From Veleropilina oligotropha (taxonomy: Eukaryota), in assembly GCA_048128005.1 (NCBI GenBank), contig JBEUKZ010000112.1, positions 434,001 to 498,000 on the forward strand: a stretch of DNA of 64,000 nt. Reading direction: 5' to 3'. Positions 49,884 through 64,000 of the stretch are shown here, in pieces (position 1 is the first letter of the stretch; every line of letters starts with the position of its first letter). The translations under genes and the position numbers were made by a program. The notes below the pieces were generated by a model. It saw only the letters and a program-made list of their open reading frames with translations, was not told the DNA's origin and did no database searches.

Positions 49884-50168
49884 GGCACGATGCGGGTTTA
49901 TAGTCGGCATGATGTGAGTTTATAGTCGGCACGATGCGGGTTTATAGTCGGCACGATGCAGGTTTATAGTCGGCACGATGTGGGTTTATAGTCGGCACGA
50001 TGCAGGTTTATAGTCGGCACGATGCGGGTTTATAGTCGGCACGATGCGGGTTTATAGTCGGCACAATGCAGGTTTATAGTCTGCACGATGCAGGTTTATA
50101 GTCGGCACGATGCGGGTTTATAGTCGGCACGATGCAGGTTTGTAGTCGGCACGATGCAGGTTTAGAGT
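49884..50168. repeat. 22-bp minisatellite, about 13 copies
   Basis: Unit GGCACGATGC(G/A)GGTTTATAGTC. Confidence 0.95.
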
Positions 50169-50270
50169 CTTGAAGCTGTGCTGATGCTGAGGACATGTTC
50201 TCCCGACTTACAACTTCACAATTATATCTCCGCACTTTTGGACCTTTAATAGAATAAGCTCTGCAAGATT

Positions 50271-50470
50271 GTGTCTCCCCGGTAGTCGTGTGGTCTCGAA
50301 ATCACTGACTCAAATGCGCTAACTAACAGGGGTGGGTTCGATTCTCGGTTGAGGCATTAACCTTCTTTGTTCAGTTATGAATCGCAGATGTCCGTAACTG
50401 GTCGAATACAGCGGGTTTGACCAGGCGATAATATGAACATGTCCTGCCTTGAACTTGATGGTTATAAATT
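50271..50470 (+). mobile_element. Probable tRNA-derived SINE
   Basis: A-box-like TAGTCGTGTGG and B-box GGTTCGATTC without a full cloverleaf, followed by a body and an AT-rich tail. Confidence 0.45.
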
Positions 50471-51155
50471 ATTAAATACAGCTTGAGCATCAATCCATCC
50501 GTCCATCAACTCGGCAACCACTCTGATCACTGTGAGCTACATCTAAGCTACTTCGACACAATTTTGATTCCGAGCTATAAATACAGAAATATTACAAATG
50601 ATGAAATTTCTCCATAAAAATAGACAGTGAAATATTAATCAACAAGTCAAATGGAGTATACCATCGTCTCATCAGTAATTATAAATATATTACATGAAGA
50701 AATATCTGCAACATATCAACAGTAATTTCTATTTAACTTAGGGATATAATACTATTCGCAATATTAACAGACGACAAATAATTATATAGAGTTATAGATG
50801 GCTGCTGATTTATTCCGACCAATTCCTGCTTATTGAGGCCATGTTGACAAAGGCCGACCATAGATGTCTAATCTTTGCGGATATGACTGGGGAAATATTT
50901 GAATTAAGAAATTGTCTATTATTTTGAATCAATAGGCTTTGTATGGCGACTATAGCTGGTGCCATTACAGCTGAAATCCTACACGACTAATACATAACCA
51001 TTTGACATAATGGCACGTCTTAAATTATATCGGTAACAAGATCCGTAAACAGGTGAACTAATCTAGTGTATAGAGCGAAATTAAGCATATGACAGTTAAA
51101 TCAGCACTAAAGTGAAAAGCCGATCATATGCTGTCGACAGCGCAAAGAAATATGC

Positions 51156-51580
51156 ACATGTATAATAATGTAACTTTGATGGACTGCGTTAGCAGAGTCC
51201 TTCATATGTACATGTATAATAATGTAACTTTGATGGACTGCATTAGCAGAGTCCTTCATATGTACATGTATAATAGTGTAACTTTGATGGACTGCGTTAG
51301 CAGAGTCCTTCATACGTAGATGTATAATAATGTAACTTTGATGGACTGCATTAGCAGAGTCCTTCATATGTACATGTATAATAATGTAACTTTGATGGAC
51401 TGCATTAGCAGAGTCCTTCATATGTACATGTATAATAGTGTAACTTTGATGGACTGCATTAGCAGAGTCCTTCATATGTACATGTATAATAATGTAACTT
51501 TGATGGACTGCGTTAGCAGAGTCCTTCATACGTAGATGTATAATAATGTAACTTTGATGGACTGCGTTAGCCGAGTCCTT
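51156..51580. repeat. 54-bp minisatellite, about 8 copies
   Basis: Unit ATGTATAATAATGTAACTTTGATGGACTGC(A/G)TTAGCAGAGTCCTTCATATGTAC. Confidence 0.95.
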
Positions 51581-51706
51581 CGCAGAACTTGAGCATTGAC
51601 TTGTTCATCCAAAAAATAGTTAGATGAACAGATAAAAGCATTATTTCTTATATGATGACAACACATTTGCTTGGCAATCATTGGCAATATTGCTAAATAT
51701 ATTTAA

Positions 51707-53524
51707 ACAAAAAAAAGTAAGCACAGCTTATATACCCCCATTCGGTGCTTTCAATAATTATAGTCTGTCAATGTAATATCAGCCATTATTCTTTAAAATA
51801 CATGTATAAGAAATCTCTGCAGACACTGCGGTGAAACGATGACTTTAAAACCATAGTGTCCCCGACTATAGTCTGGAGATTCAATTATATATATAATGGC
51901 TCTGGCCAGTTGAGGATGGTGATATTAGACACGTGCACTGGACATACAGTCTGTTCTTGTAATGGCAATATACAAACCCATTTTAAAATACCCATGGAAT
52001 AAATCAATGAGGAAGTCAGTTTTCAAAATCCATCCAATTCATCTGTTTTGATAATTCCAGTTCCACAGTGACGAATAAGCTTAACAGCTTACTGTACCTA
52101 ATCACAGTGAGCAAGTCTTAGAGATAAGCACGTCCCTTTCATCATACATACATAATATTTACATAAGTAAACAAAAGAAATAAAGTTACATTTAAAACAT
52201 TAAATTTCAATACTCCAAAGCATAATTAAAAAAAAATGTTTTGCACACTCTGTTCGGTGTTTTTGATCATTGTAGTCCAGGTCAATATTAATTATTTCAG
52301 CTATTTTGTAAAAATATATATTTCAGAAACGTAAAAGTAGCAAAAGGCATAAATACTCAACCTCGTGAAGCTATCTTGTATGATTTGGGAGATAATGCTC
52401 CTGTCAAAAGTGTCCTACATTATAGTCTATGTCAATCTTACGGACAAAGGCATCGCCCATTATAGTCAAAGTAATATGCGCCATTATCTTAAATAAAAAA
52501 TTCTGAAACTAGCAAAAGGCACAAGTTCTCAACGTAGTAAATGTGTGTACCATGTTTCGAAGCTATCCTGTATGATTTGGGAGATATGCTCCAGACAAAA
52601 GCATCGTACACCCCATTTGATGCGTTCGTTCATTGTAGTCTATGTCAATCTTATATCAGCAACTTTTTTAAAAATAAAAAATTCAAAAAACCTGAAAATA
52701 GCAAAAGGCAAAACTACACAACCTAATTAATGTGCATGCCAAGTTTCGTGAATCTAGCATGTACAATTTGGAAGATATGCTTCAGACAAAGGTGTCCCCA
52801 TTATAGTCTATGTCAATCTTATATCCGCCATTTTTTTTTAAATAAAAATTTCAGAAACCTGTTACTCAACCTAGCTAATGTGTATATCATGTTTCATGAA
52901 GCTATCCTGTATGGTTTAGGAGGTATGCTCTGGACAAAATCGTCGCACACTCCATTCATTGCCTTCATTCATTGTAGTCTATGTCAGTCTTGCATCCAAC
53001 TATTTTTTTAAATTTTTTTTACAAATTTTGAATAGCAAAAGGCACAAATACTCAACCTAGTTAGTGTGTATACCAAGTTTAGTGAAGCAAGCCTGTACGG
53101 TTTTGGAGATATGCTCTGAACAAAAGCGTCCTCCATTATAGTCTATGTCAATCTTATATCCGCCATTTTTCAGAAACCTGAAAATAGCAAAAGGCACAAG
53201 TACTCAACCTAGTTAATGAGTGTATGAAGTTTCGTGAAGCTAGCATGTGAGGTTTTGGAGATATGCTCCGGACAAAAGAGTCTTCCATCATAGTCATGTC
53301 AATCGTTATATATCAGCCATTTTTTGTAAAAATAAAAATTTCAGAAACGAAAATAGCAAAGGCACAAGTGCTCAACCTAGTTAATGAGTGTATGAAGTTT
53401 CGTGAAGCTAGCACGTGCGGTTTTGGAGATATGCTCCGGACAAAGTCGCACGACCGGAAGGACGGACAGACGGACGAACGGAACGCTCTATACCCCTAGC
53501 TACTTCGTAGCACGGGGGTATAAT
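51707..53524 (-). mobile_element. HINE-like element with internal repeats, interrupted at about 51800-52230
   Basis: Subterminal TATACCCC (about 51730) / GGGGTATA (about 53515); repeats with ATTATAGTCTATGTCAATC and TAGCAAAAGGCACAA; (GGAC/GACA)n at about 53459-53478; terminal GCTAC/GTAGC hairpin. Confidence 0.7.
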
Positions 53525-56260
53525 TACAAATATATACAAACGTCCACCAGCTCCAACATGATAATTATGGGTCACTCTAAATAAACATTGTCATATATAT
53601 TGGGTGAATTTGGGCCACTCAAACACTATTTGCCTGATGTCAGCAAGAAAAACCATCGATAAGTCCACATTCCAGGTGTTCTATATTTATAATGGCATAA
53701 GATGCATATATTTATCTTACTGGTAAACATATATTATTGATTTCCATGTCAGGAGGTCCTCTGATCATTTGGCTGTGAGGCATCTCTAATGATCTCAATT
53801 GGGTTAAGGTTTATTACCTAGGCAATGAATGATATATACAAGAGATCAAAATTATTACCACTAATTTATATAATGTCAAAAATCACAAATAGCCAAACTA
53901 CCTCTCAATTTGTTACCATGGCAACGAAGTACATGAATACCCGTTGGTTTATGCATAGCTTAATATGCATTTATATGTACAATAACATAAATATATGCAT
54001 ATTGTTAATATTATTAGTTTGAATCAATTTAGCAAAATCATTGCAAAGAACAATGATTCAAGATTGGATTTGAATCAGTTTAGTTTTACGACCACATTTT
54101 AACATTATTTCAGTCTTATCTGTAGTGTGGATCACTGGCTTAACGTCTCATCTGACAGACGGATACTACCGTATGTGCAATGCAGACGAGGTAATTACCT
54201 TTGACAAATTATCGACACATTATTAGTGTTGGAAAGTACTTCCACAGCGGTCTAACTGTCAATATGGTTACTAAACAAAAGTCACAAAACAATGGGGTCA
54301 TGGTTTAAGAGTAACGTATATATCTGTAAATAATAATTTATTATAGCATAAACTCATATTTCAAAATGCCCAAACGAATGCACGTCATACTCACGAACGG
54401 ATAAAGCGTGTCATTCCATGTACCTTCTGTACAATCGATTTAATCGGCTATAAAGCTGAGCTTGTTGGAATGTTCTCAGCACCTGTTATTGTGAAACACT
54501 ACGTCATGCGCAAGACATAACATAAAATACCTTGATATGCAAAATAAATAAGGCACGCACCTGCCGTGAGAAGTGCCACTCAATCAATTAATGAAAGTGC
54601 GGAAATTACTTGACAGCCATAACGCAAATTCCGCATTTATTTGAACAGTAGAAAAATGATATAGCTAAACATTTCTTGAGACAGTAATACCATACCGCCA
54701 TATGAAAGTTTATCACTCAATCTAACCACTCACTGACATGATTATCGAATATATACCACCCATTGTGCAAATGGGCTGATATATCATATCCAGGTTATCT
54801 CGTTACTATTTGAAGGAGACAAATATTGCCGAAAATAAGCTAAAACTATTGTTAAAACGAAAACAGTTCAGGTCGGTATATAAAATTGTCACAAATGATG
54901 CCTACAGTTTTACATGATCAAGCAAGATTGTTTATCGCAGTGCAAACTCCTAGATAATCCAATGGAGCCACATTATTCACTACCCGGTATGCCTTCATCT
55001 CACCTGATTATAAGACAAATTGATATATATTCATTATGATATTATGACATCAATTTATATTGTGAATTTGCAACATATACATTTCCTATATATTGTTACT
55101 TGATGAAGGGTTAATTTGAATATTGCTTATGGCAGATTAACACACTAGATCCATACATAGTTTGGCTATGTTTTCTACCAAAATATATGTAATTGATCGA
55201 TGAAATGGTGGAAAGTCAAATCAAAATGCAACTAATTTTACCATGAAGATTTATTAAAATATAACAAAAATTACCTGGCATAATCTAATCCACCATTATT
55301 TGGAATGATTATTGATAATGAACTTGTTTCTTCTCTAAACAACAGGTAATCCGCCATTGATGAAGGAGTCGCATCTCACGAGAACTCTTGACGGACACAC
55401 CCAATATTGAGCTAAATCCTCCTCCGCATGATCCCTAGCAACGGATCAGCGTTAGGCAATTATATACGCCAGTTATTACAACGATATGAATGTGAGCTGA
55501 ACAAATGACAAATATCAACAGTAATAACGCCAATTACTTGCTACTGTAATGACAAAATTAATAAATGCTGAGACTTAAATTTCTACTAAACGAGAATTAT
55601 TGATAATAATGTCACCAGAGCAAAGTATATCAAAAATATATTAAAAACCTCTCCTGCCTAATCTTTCATGTATACAGTTATATAATGGATGTATAAATTG
55701 GTGTTTCCAATTATTAAAATAATTTTAATTAAAACTTAAGCAGCACTAAAAACTTAATATTTGTATTAAAAATGACGAATTAATGTTAATCATATTATGT
55801 TATCTAGTCTGACATTAACGTACAGTAGTAATGTCTAAGACTTACTAATACAAAGATTGTTCATGCAAAATCCAGCCGCAAAGGGATTTCCTACCTTGAC
55901 ATAATAACTCCTTAATCCAGGTGTAAATCCAACTCAAGAGTGCCTCCACTGGCTTCTAGTTTTACCTACCTGAATTAATTAACACCTCGCAGTGATATGT
56001 AGTGGCAATGAGGACACATATATTTTACCTGTTAGCTTTGCCGGTGCCAAGCGGTACGTATAATCCATATGAAGTACACGCTCACTGTGTAGGTGAACTG
56101 AATATGCACCGCCGGTTAGTCCCAGCACTGACCTCCGCTCACCGGTGAATTCGACGTGCACGCTTTTCCGTGTTTAAGAGGCCCAGGCATTTATCCTCGG
56201 TTCAATCGGCGAGTGGACTGAGAGCAGTATGCACTGAGCATGCCCGAGGCTACACTGATG

Positions 56261-56268
56261 TGACGTCA
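56261..56268. promoter_or_regulatory. Perfect CRE palindrome in a GC-richer island; possible promoter of the minus-strand gene
   Basis: (G)TGACGTCA(C), with minus-strand donor-like sites downstream (CAG|GTAGGT at 55970/55969, CAG|GTAAAA at 56029/56028). Confidence 0.3.
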
Positions 56269-57585
56269 CTCAGGTGTGCAAACAAAGACTCCATTGATGT
56301 GACCTGTAGCTAGGTCAAACTGGGAGACACTGACAGCAAACTGTTGCCATGAAGGATAATTGACACGGAGAGCATTAATGAAATCCACGGTAATTCACAG
56401 TGTTAAATTACTTTCAATTGCCTCATGCGGTATATATTATATACATTATTTGTACCGACACGTCCATGGGGATAATTGTGTGTCAAGATACTTATATGTA
56501 CTGATAAAAGTGTTATACATGTCATTATAGGTTTGTATATAACACACAAGCATTAAACGTCTATAATAAATGAATGTATCATATATTATCCAATTATTTT
56601 AATTTTCTATTCAAGGATACTGCCTCTATTTACACAGGGGAAAATGTTATACGTAATTATATAAAGAATTTTTAATGTGTTAAATCAAACTTTTCTTACA
56701 AAATGATTCTTGCAATGTTTCGTACCAACTGATTGGTATTAATTAACAATTGGTGGGAAGTTGCTTTATGGTAATTTTTATTATCAACATTGAAATAGAA
56801 CATATTAAATTGCGCAATTTCTTTGATAACCGATAAAACATTACAAAATCTGATGTCCAAATTTAAATCATAACAGTTGCTCTTCAAAATGTTGGCATAT
56901 CATACATGTAATATATACTCACATGTAACTGTGTAACAAATAAATGGTAATATTTTTAAGAATGACATACAATATTACTGGCATATACATCACATCCGTA
57001 GTTCGGAACGATTACTGAACAGGTTGTTGATAATGTTCTCATAACGTTATATTAACAGGTCAATTTGCTTTCAGCAAATAACAACAAATAAACTAGCAAT
57101 TTAAAAAAGTTAACAAAATCGGCAAAATTGAGACAATGTCAACAGCTATGTTCCTTTCCCGTGATTAATTCAATAATTGCCAAGCATGAAGCTATCGATC
57201 CCACCGTATGAGAAAAACAACATTGTTGATCCTCTTCCTGGCTATATATGCAGAGATCGAGACATCACAATTATAAACAATCAAGTACTGTATTATATTG
57301 GACTGCATATAGCTAGGCTCTGACACCGTCTCCGATGCCAAATATAAACGGTCATGAAAAAGATCCGCAATGGTGATTAATCACGTGGTATTTGCAAACA
57401 AATTCATCTTTTTAAGCTAAACGCTCTTATATAACTTTAGTGCACTAAAAGCAATAACATTGGGCGTTACCTAACTTTATTGCACTAAAACTACAGCATT
57501 GATCAGCTATACAACTACGGTCAACTTCATCGATACCATAAATATTGCACAGACAGCTCTTAAAATACTAAACATGCACATTATG

Positions 57586-57827
57586 AATATTCATGAGTCC
57601 ATGCATACATAATATTCATGAGTCCATGCATACATAATATTCATGAGTCCATGCATACATAATATTCATGAGTCCATGCATACATAATATTCATGAGTCC
57701 ATGCATACATAATATTCATGAGTCCATGCATACATAATATTCATGAGTCCATGCATACATAATATTCATGAGTCCATGCATACATAATATTCACGAGTCC
57801 ATGCATACATAATATTCATGAGTCCAT
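57586..57827. repeat. 25-bp minisatellite, about 10 copies
   Basis: Unit AATATTCATGAGTCCATGCATACAT. Confidence 0.95.
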
Positions 57828-58305
57828 ATGGGCATACATGTTGTCGGGAATTATTTGCTCATGGCAGATACGTAATAACCTACATAGTTGCTTAATCACC
57901 TGATGCGTTTATCACCGGCTGTCTGTCAATCCTGTCTAACCATCACATTGTGAATGCGATCAACGTTCTGATGACAAAGCTATTTATGGTGTAATAAAAC
58001 ATAAGGGATCAATGATTTTAAGATTAACTCCATATCTGCGCATCATTATAATATATTTATTATATATATATATCTATTGCAATGACATTACAAGTACCAG
58101 TAGTAAACAAGGCAATATATCAAGTGGATTGAAATTGCATGGTAAAGACATTATGTAGAGGGATGCAAGTCCACATAACAAATTCATTAACCTGTTTCAC
58201 TAAGTTTAGGAAAAATAAAAGTTTTACAAATGGTTTGATATTGAAACTAATCGTTTTATTTCATAACAACAGTATTGTGATAATTTAAGAATAGATTTCT
58301 GTATA

Positions 58306-59667
58306 TCCTTCTATTAATTCCGCAAATCTCTGTGAGTTTGTTTGTTTGTCCTTCAAATATCTCGAGAACCGTCGACCCGATTGTCTTCAAAGTTTGTGGG
58401 TGCATGACTGGCGACCCCGGGGAGTGCATATCAAAAGGTCAATGCCAACGGATATAGATTAAGGATGTTTTTTAGCATTTTTCCGAAAACATAGCGCTAA
58501 GGGCAAGTTCAATAGTAGCTAACGTTAGCTAACGTTACCTAACGCTTCTTGGGATAATGAACGACAGGTGATAATTTTCGTCATACGAACAAATCAAGTC
58601 TCTAAATAAACAAGTAATTTAGAAAGTACAAGAATACATATTTTGCATCTGCATATTAATTCCATACTGCTGTTATTATTGAACATATACGTGTTGTAGA
58701 TAACCCATTTAACTATTAATATTAACTTCATTAGGTATAGAATGAATTTTACTGCACATAACCGTTGCAAATTAAATTAACCCCCCCTCCATGTTCGACC
58801 AAAGTTGTTATTTACAATGCAAGACAGCAGAGAGCAAAAAAATAAGATAAATACATAGACATTTAATAGCATTATTATGATAGATTAACTTTTAGTTAAG
58901 TATTATTCAGACTATTCGACGTCTTCGCATGTATTTCAATTTTTTTTATTTCCTGGCAAACACACAGTGTCTGCTGACCGTTCTATTTTGCTCAATTTTT
59001 GTTCAGAAAACCGTTCAACTTGAATAGTTAGCTAACGTTAGGTAACGTTATATAACGTTTACTTCCATTGAACTCTGCCCAAAACAAATGCAAAGATACA
59101 AAGGGAAGTAATACATTAAACACAATATGCTTCAACAAAGATAATTTATTATTTGATGGGAAAAGTACGGTACTATAGACAATCGTCATTGAAACGACGA
59201 GTCTATTGTATTTTCCTTTATTTAATGATTAACATGTTTTTAAAAGCCTACGTATTTTTTATGCCGGGAAAGTACGGTACAATATAAATTCGTCATTGAA
59301 ACAACGAGTTGATTTCAACGTGCTTTTGCACTGGAAACCAACGTTCGAATATTTGTAAAAATCTGTCAGTGTAAAAGCCTCGACTAGCACATACAAATTC
59401 ATTTCCCAATGTATTTTTCTTCCAAAATCAGTTAATTTCATTTGACTTTCAACCCCGGATTTCAACATACCACAAACTACAGATCAAAAATTACCTACAA
59501 ATTTTTAATCTGACAGACCAAAATATTATAATAGTACAGTGGGTACTTCACATACACGTACACTCCCCAGGTGTCAGGAAGTGCCCCTATTGATTTAGGG
59601 GTTGAAAGATCAATACCTCACTGATTTGGGCGTCTAGAGATTTAATTACCCCACGGGCACTGGCTAG
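58306..59667 (+). mobile_element. Non-autonomous Helitron-like element
   Basis: Starts with TC after A and ends with CTAG before T; short GC-rich CCC..GGG before the end; (GTTT)n near the 5' end; internal inverted TAACGTTA-rich blocks at about 58510 and 59030. Confidence 0.6.
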
Positions 59668-62499
59668 TTGATTAAAACGTAATCATAAACTTCTGGAATT
59701 GTTGATTAAATTTATGGGTATGAGCAAGAGCAACTTTAAGACTGCTAGTTGGAGGTAAAGGTGCCTGAGTTCATATACATGTACCAATGTTAAACTTTCT
59801 CATTTCCAGATTTGATCAAAGTTATGCGTTCTTACAGCAAGAGTTCTGTCGAAATGTTCAAACGATGATGTAGATAGATTAAAGATTAATAATTAATACT
59901 GAAAGATAATATCAAGGGCCACAACAAGATGGCCACAATAATATCAAGGGCCACAACAAGATGGCCACAACCAATCGCATATATTCTGATGAATCATGTT
60001 CGGACCTAGGTGCTACATATCTATATCGCTTGTTAGTTTATTGTAAAATATATCCCAACTATGTAGAGCATGGTCAGTAATGGCATATACCTCATTAAAC
60101 ACGAAAGTCCGCCATTTCAAACAGCGTCAATACACCGTATGACCCGTTTGTTTGTTTAAGAATTATCTATTGCCCGACTTTTTTGTTGGTCAGTACAATA
60201 TTAGCCGTACAAGTATGTCGTTTGGTACGCTTCTGTATGAGGCTTAATGTCGGGACCACAAAATGACCATTAAAACACCTTTGAAGGGAGATCGTCTACA
60301 CACGTGCCGCCACCACCATATAGCTCCAAACTGTAACCAATATCATATTAGCTTTATGACAGGCATAAAACATGAATAGATACTGTTCGACTGTTATTTG
60401 CCACTCACAATGGCATCGAGTTGGTTATGTTAAGCCATTCCGACATTCGTCTTCAAATTGAAATCTTCTGAATAGACAGACTCTAGATGAATGCTCCTCA
60501 ACTCTTGAAGAATGCGAAAAGAACCAGACGTTTCCTTATAGAGAAGGAAACCGTGCCATCGTGTGCACCCACACTGGCATACAAAACTGGTCGATAAAGA
60601 TGTCTTTATAATGAAATTTATATAAGCTGCGGCTTGGCATATTCTATATAGACTGCCCAAGACTCTATTTTCAATAGTATCAATTGTTTGAAAATACATG
60701 GTATTTCACTCTAAATTCATTTAATAATTTGTGCATAAAGGAATTTATTGAATAGTGCGCGCATTACACGGTCGCAGCGACGAGGTATCGCTGCAATAAA
60801 ACTGCATGCGCAGAATCGTGTAGTCAATATATAAATTCCAGTTATTGACAACCAGACCATGCAGAATGGACCGAATTCAGTGGTTAGGCATCCAATCATA
60901 TGCATGTCATTGTGGCTCAAGCCTATACCAAATCCTTATGAAACAACGTATATGCAGGCTGAAACATGTTGAAATACGACTGAAGAATTAATACCGTGAT
61001 GCAATATATTTAATATTATTTTCTTTATGGCCTGGTTATTTTATTCCATCCATTAACTGGCAAAAGGTCAATTATTTAGGACATGATTTAGAGACGACAA
61101 TAGCGGCTGATCCATCATAGCCAGTAAGTATGGAAAGTAGACGCTAAATACGAATGGGCAACATACAAAATATCCCAGAACAAATATTGGCATTCTGCAA
61201 TTTTTTTAGGAAAGAATGCGAAATGTTCGCCAATAATTCAAATCAAAAACGAAGTTTTGTATCGAGGGGCTGAGTCAACACGCGAAGCCGAGTTTGTGTG
61301 CTAGCATGAATCGCCGACTTGGGTTGGCATGTGCTCGCGATGTCTGAGTCCACACTGTCCGCTGACCCTTGTGATACACAAACTTTTGTGTCAACCCCGG
61401 GATTACACCACACAACAAAAATACACAAACACGATCGAGAAAAACAGTGCATTATCATTACAAATATGAAAAGATCTTTGCGTATGCAACCTCGTAACGC
61501 AACTGTGGGTAAAATTGGATTGATTGTAAGGGAAAACTCATCGCAAAATGATGTAAAGCGAAACAGAAACACACAATATATTAGAGAACTAATACATTAA
61601 GCAAGCACAGTGATCGATGATCAACTCTGCATGAAATGTATGACTGCCAGATCGGAGCGAGACATTAAACTAGTGTCTCGACTGCGATAAGGCTGAAAAA
61701 TTGCCTTTGATTTTTTTACCTACTATACCTAACACTACATGATGTGAGTTACCTCCCTTGTATACATAACAACAACAAATGAACAAATATCGTTATCAGG
61801 AACAAGATTGGGTTTGATTGCATAACATAAAAATTTCAAAATTAACTTCACAACAAATTGAAGACGCACAAAAACAGATGTCAAAAGTACATCAAGTAAC
61901 ATTAATGGCAGTCCATAATAGCAAACCTTCACCTTGAATAACGTACAGCTAGTACCATGCATCTTGCCCAGAATCTCTATTCCAATTTAACTTTTCCTTT
62001 AGAGCAGAAACATCAAAACAGGACATAATGCAATCATATCCGGATCACCAACAGAATCTTTTGAATTGGTTCTTGACCCAAGGCTAATCCATCCACAAAG
62101 TATCTGTGTACCAAGAACAGTTTCAAGAAGTTTATTTATTATAACTGCTGAATTTTGCTATCAGGGTCAGCCATGTTCTGTTGTGGTCGCTACATTGAGA
62201 GTCACAAGAAAACTATAAATGGCTTCATACTATTTAAGTTAGAGTCAATTGTCGAGATAAAAGTCTAGCTGGATCTATCATGTCGACGTATGTTAGAAAC
62301 AATGTCTTGCTTCTCTAGGCTTGTACCATCTTAAATACCATCCATAAGTTTCTGGCAGCTTAATCTATTAAAAAATTACAAACAAATTCAAATTATGCAT
62401 CCACCAGCCATCGACTTTTGAATTAGTGCATTAAATGGCACAGTCTTATTCCACTGCCATTAGCGTGATGGTGCCGTATGAATGTACAGAGGAGAACAA

Positions 62500-62970
62500 G
62501 TGATTTCCTTGGCTATAATGATCAAACCCATGCAGAGGCATGTCCATGCAGTTGCCTTAGTATCTACAGTACCACAAACAGTTGCATTGGCTTCTACCAC
62601 AAAGACAGAGAAGGTTGAAACCCAAGGCATGTGCAGTTGTCTTGGTTTATATCACAAAGATAGAGGAGGCTGAAACCCGGGGCATATGCAGTTGTCTTTG
62701 TTTATATCACAAAGATATAGGAAGTTGAAACCCAAGGCAGGTCCAGTTGCCTTAGTTTCTATCACAAAGATGAAGGCAGTTGACACCCAAGGCATCACGA
62801 TGCATCTAGGTTTCTAACACAATGATGAAGGAGGTTGAATCCCAAGGCATGTCCAGTTACCTTGGTTTCTACTGCAAAGACAGAGGGGGTTGAAACCCAA
62901 GGTATGTCCAGGTACAAAGATGAAGAAGATTGAAGCCCAAGTCATATGTCCAGTTACCTTGGTTTTGCAT
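62500..62970. repeat. Degenerate ~55-bp tandem repeat
   Basis: Recurring GAAACCCAAGGCATGTCCAGTT(G/A)CCTTGGTTT...ACAAAGA. Confidence 0.75.
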
Positions 62971-64000
62971 TCTACCCAGTGTAAATGTAATCGTAAAAGA
63001 TATTCTACATGAGGAACTGTGTGCAATCGATCCATTACTGTGTCATTCATTCTTATAAGCACAGCATCTGACAGATTAATGCTTGCTTTCTACCAAAATA
63101 TGATGAAGTTATTACCAGGATGCTTTCAACCTATGCCAGGATGTTATTAAGTATGGTATATACATGACACAGTCGTTATTCCTTGGTGAAGAGTGAATAA
63201 TATTCCATGACATCTCACATCTTGAAATGAACAAGTTACTAGCCTACTGCAGTCTGGCCCGAGAACTGGTTTTGAGCGACACAGGTGAACACTGCACACC
63301 TTTGCCGACAAATTAATACCCATGTATCAATTTGTTCAGAAGCTGGTGTTGGCAAGGTAATAAAAATAATGTGTAAACAGACTCAGATCTACAACAGGCT
63401 GAATCTGTTTGAAATTGAATACAGGTAGGAGATGTTACAGGTGTGCGATCCACTCTTTGATGTTGAACAAATCACGATTATCCATGGCCAACATCAAATA
63501 AACAGCCACAACTGGCACCAGACACCAGATTAAGGACCATGAAAGGCAAACAAAACAGACTTTATTAACATAGCACCTAACAATGGCTGAAAGCAATAGT
63601 ATATATATAATTTAGAACATGGGTATTTAAAACAAATTTAATTTGAAAATGAACGTAATGGACATTAAATGGAAACAAGATGCCATTGTGATATTGAACC
63701 TAATGATGAATCAATCACAAAAAAATTCAAAACAATATTTCCACAAAATCTGATACAAGGTTTTCAGCTTGCCCAAATGCATTTCAGTTTGATTCGCAAT
63801 ATTAATAATAGTGCCCGTAATGGCTAAGTGCTGACTAAATAATAGTTTTTGACTTGTAGTATGAATATCGCCTTGTACCGAACCAGCAGCACTTAAAGGT
63901 CGGAGTCTGCAAACACCCGGTAGAAAGGCGAGCACTGAGCTTTTGAGGCGTGATCTTCTATCATCGGTTAGCTTGCCTGTGAAGTTAATTGCCTACATTA

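Noticed and set aside
51107..51535. Repetitive ORFs (MKDSANAVHQSYIIIHVH)n
   Set aside because: A by-product of the 54-bp tandem repeat; no splice or other coding support.
60430..61600. ORFs of 67-109 aa
   Set aside because: No recognisable domains or convincing splice-site pairs.

Overview
AT-rich animal genomic DNA (probably a marine invertebrate; inferred from the repeat families). It appears to be mostly long intron(s) of an unidentified minus-strand gene: one clear internal exon at 12212-12388 and a phase-compatible candidate first coding exon at 42330-42379. Main contents: (1) an apparently intact, young DIRS tyrosine-recombinase retrotransposon (1591-9069, minus) with matching 206-bp inverted terminal repeats, a complete internal complementary region, and gag-like, RT/RNaseH/methyltransferase and recombinase ORFs. 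Gag and the recombinase are in one frame separated by a single TAG. (2) Two Crypton-like elements (17-19 kb) built around long, strand-biased DNA hairpins, one retaining a tyrosine-recombinase C-terminus. (3) A 12.3-kb, 208-copy 59-bp satellite grown from the end of a non-autonomous Helentron-type (HINE) element plus its flank. (4) At least seven co-oriented HINE-like elements and one Helitron-like element. (5) A 5'-truncated Crack/L2-type LINE with an intact RT frame inserted in a 46-bp minisatellite, plus other LINE and SINE remnants and minisatellites, one of which multiplies a splice acceptor. No CRISPR array, no prokaryotic genes, and no intact rRNA or tRNA genes. All family names come from motif recognition by eye, not from database searches.
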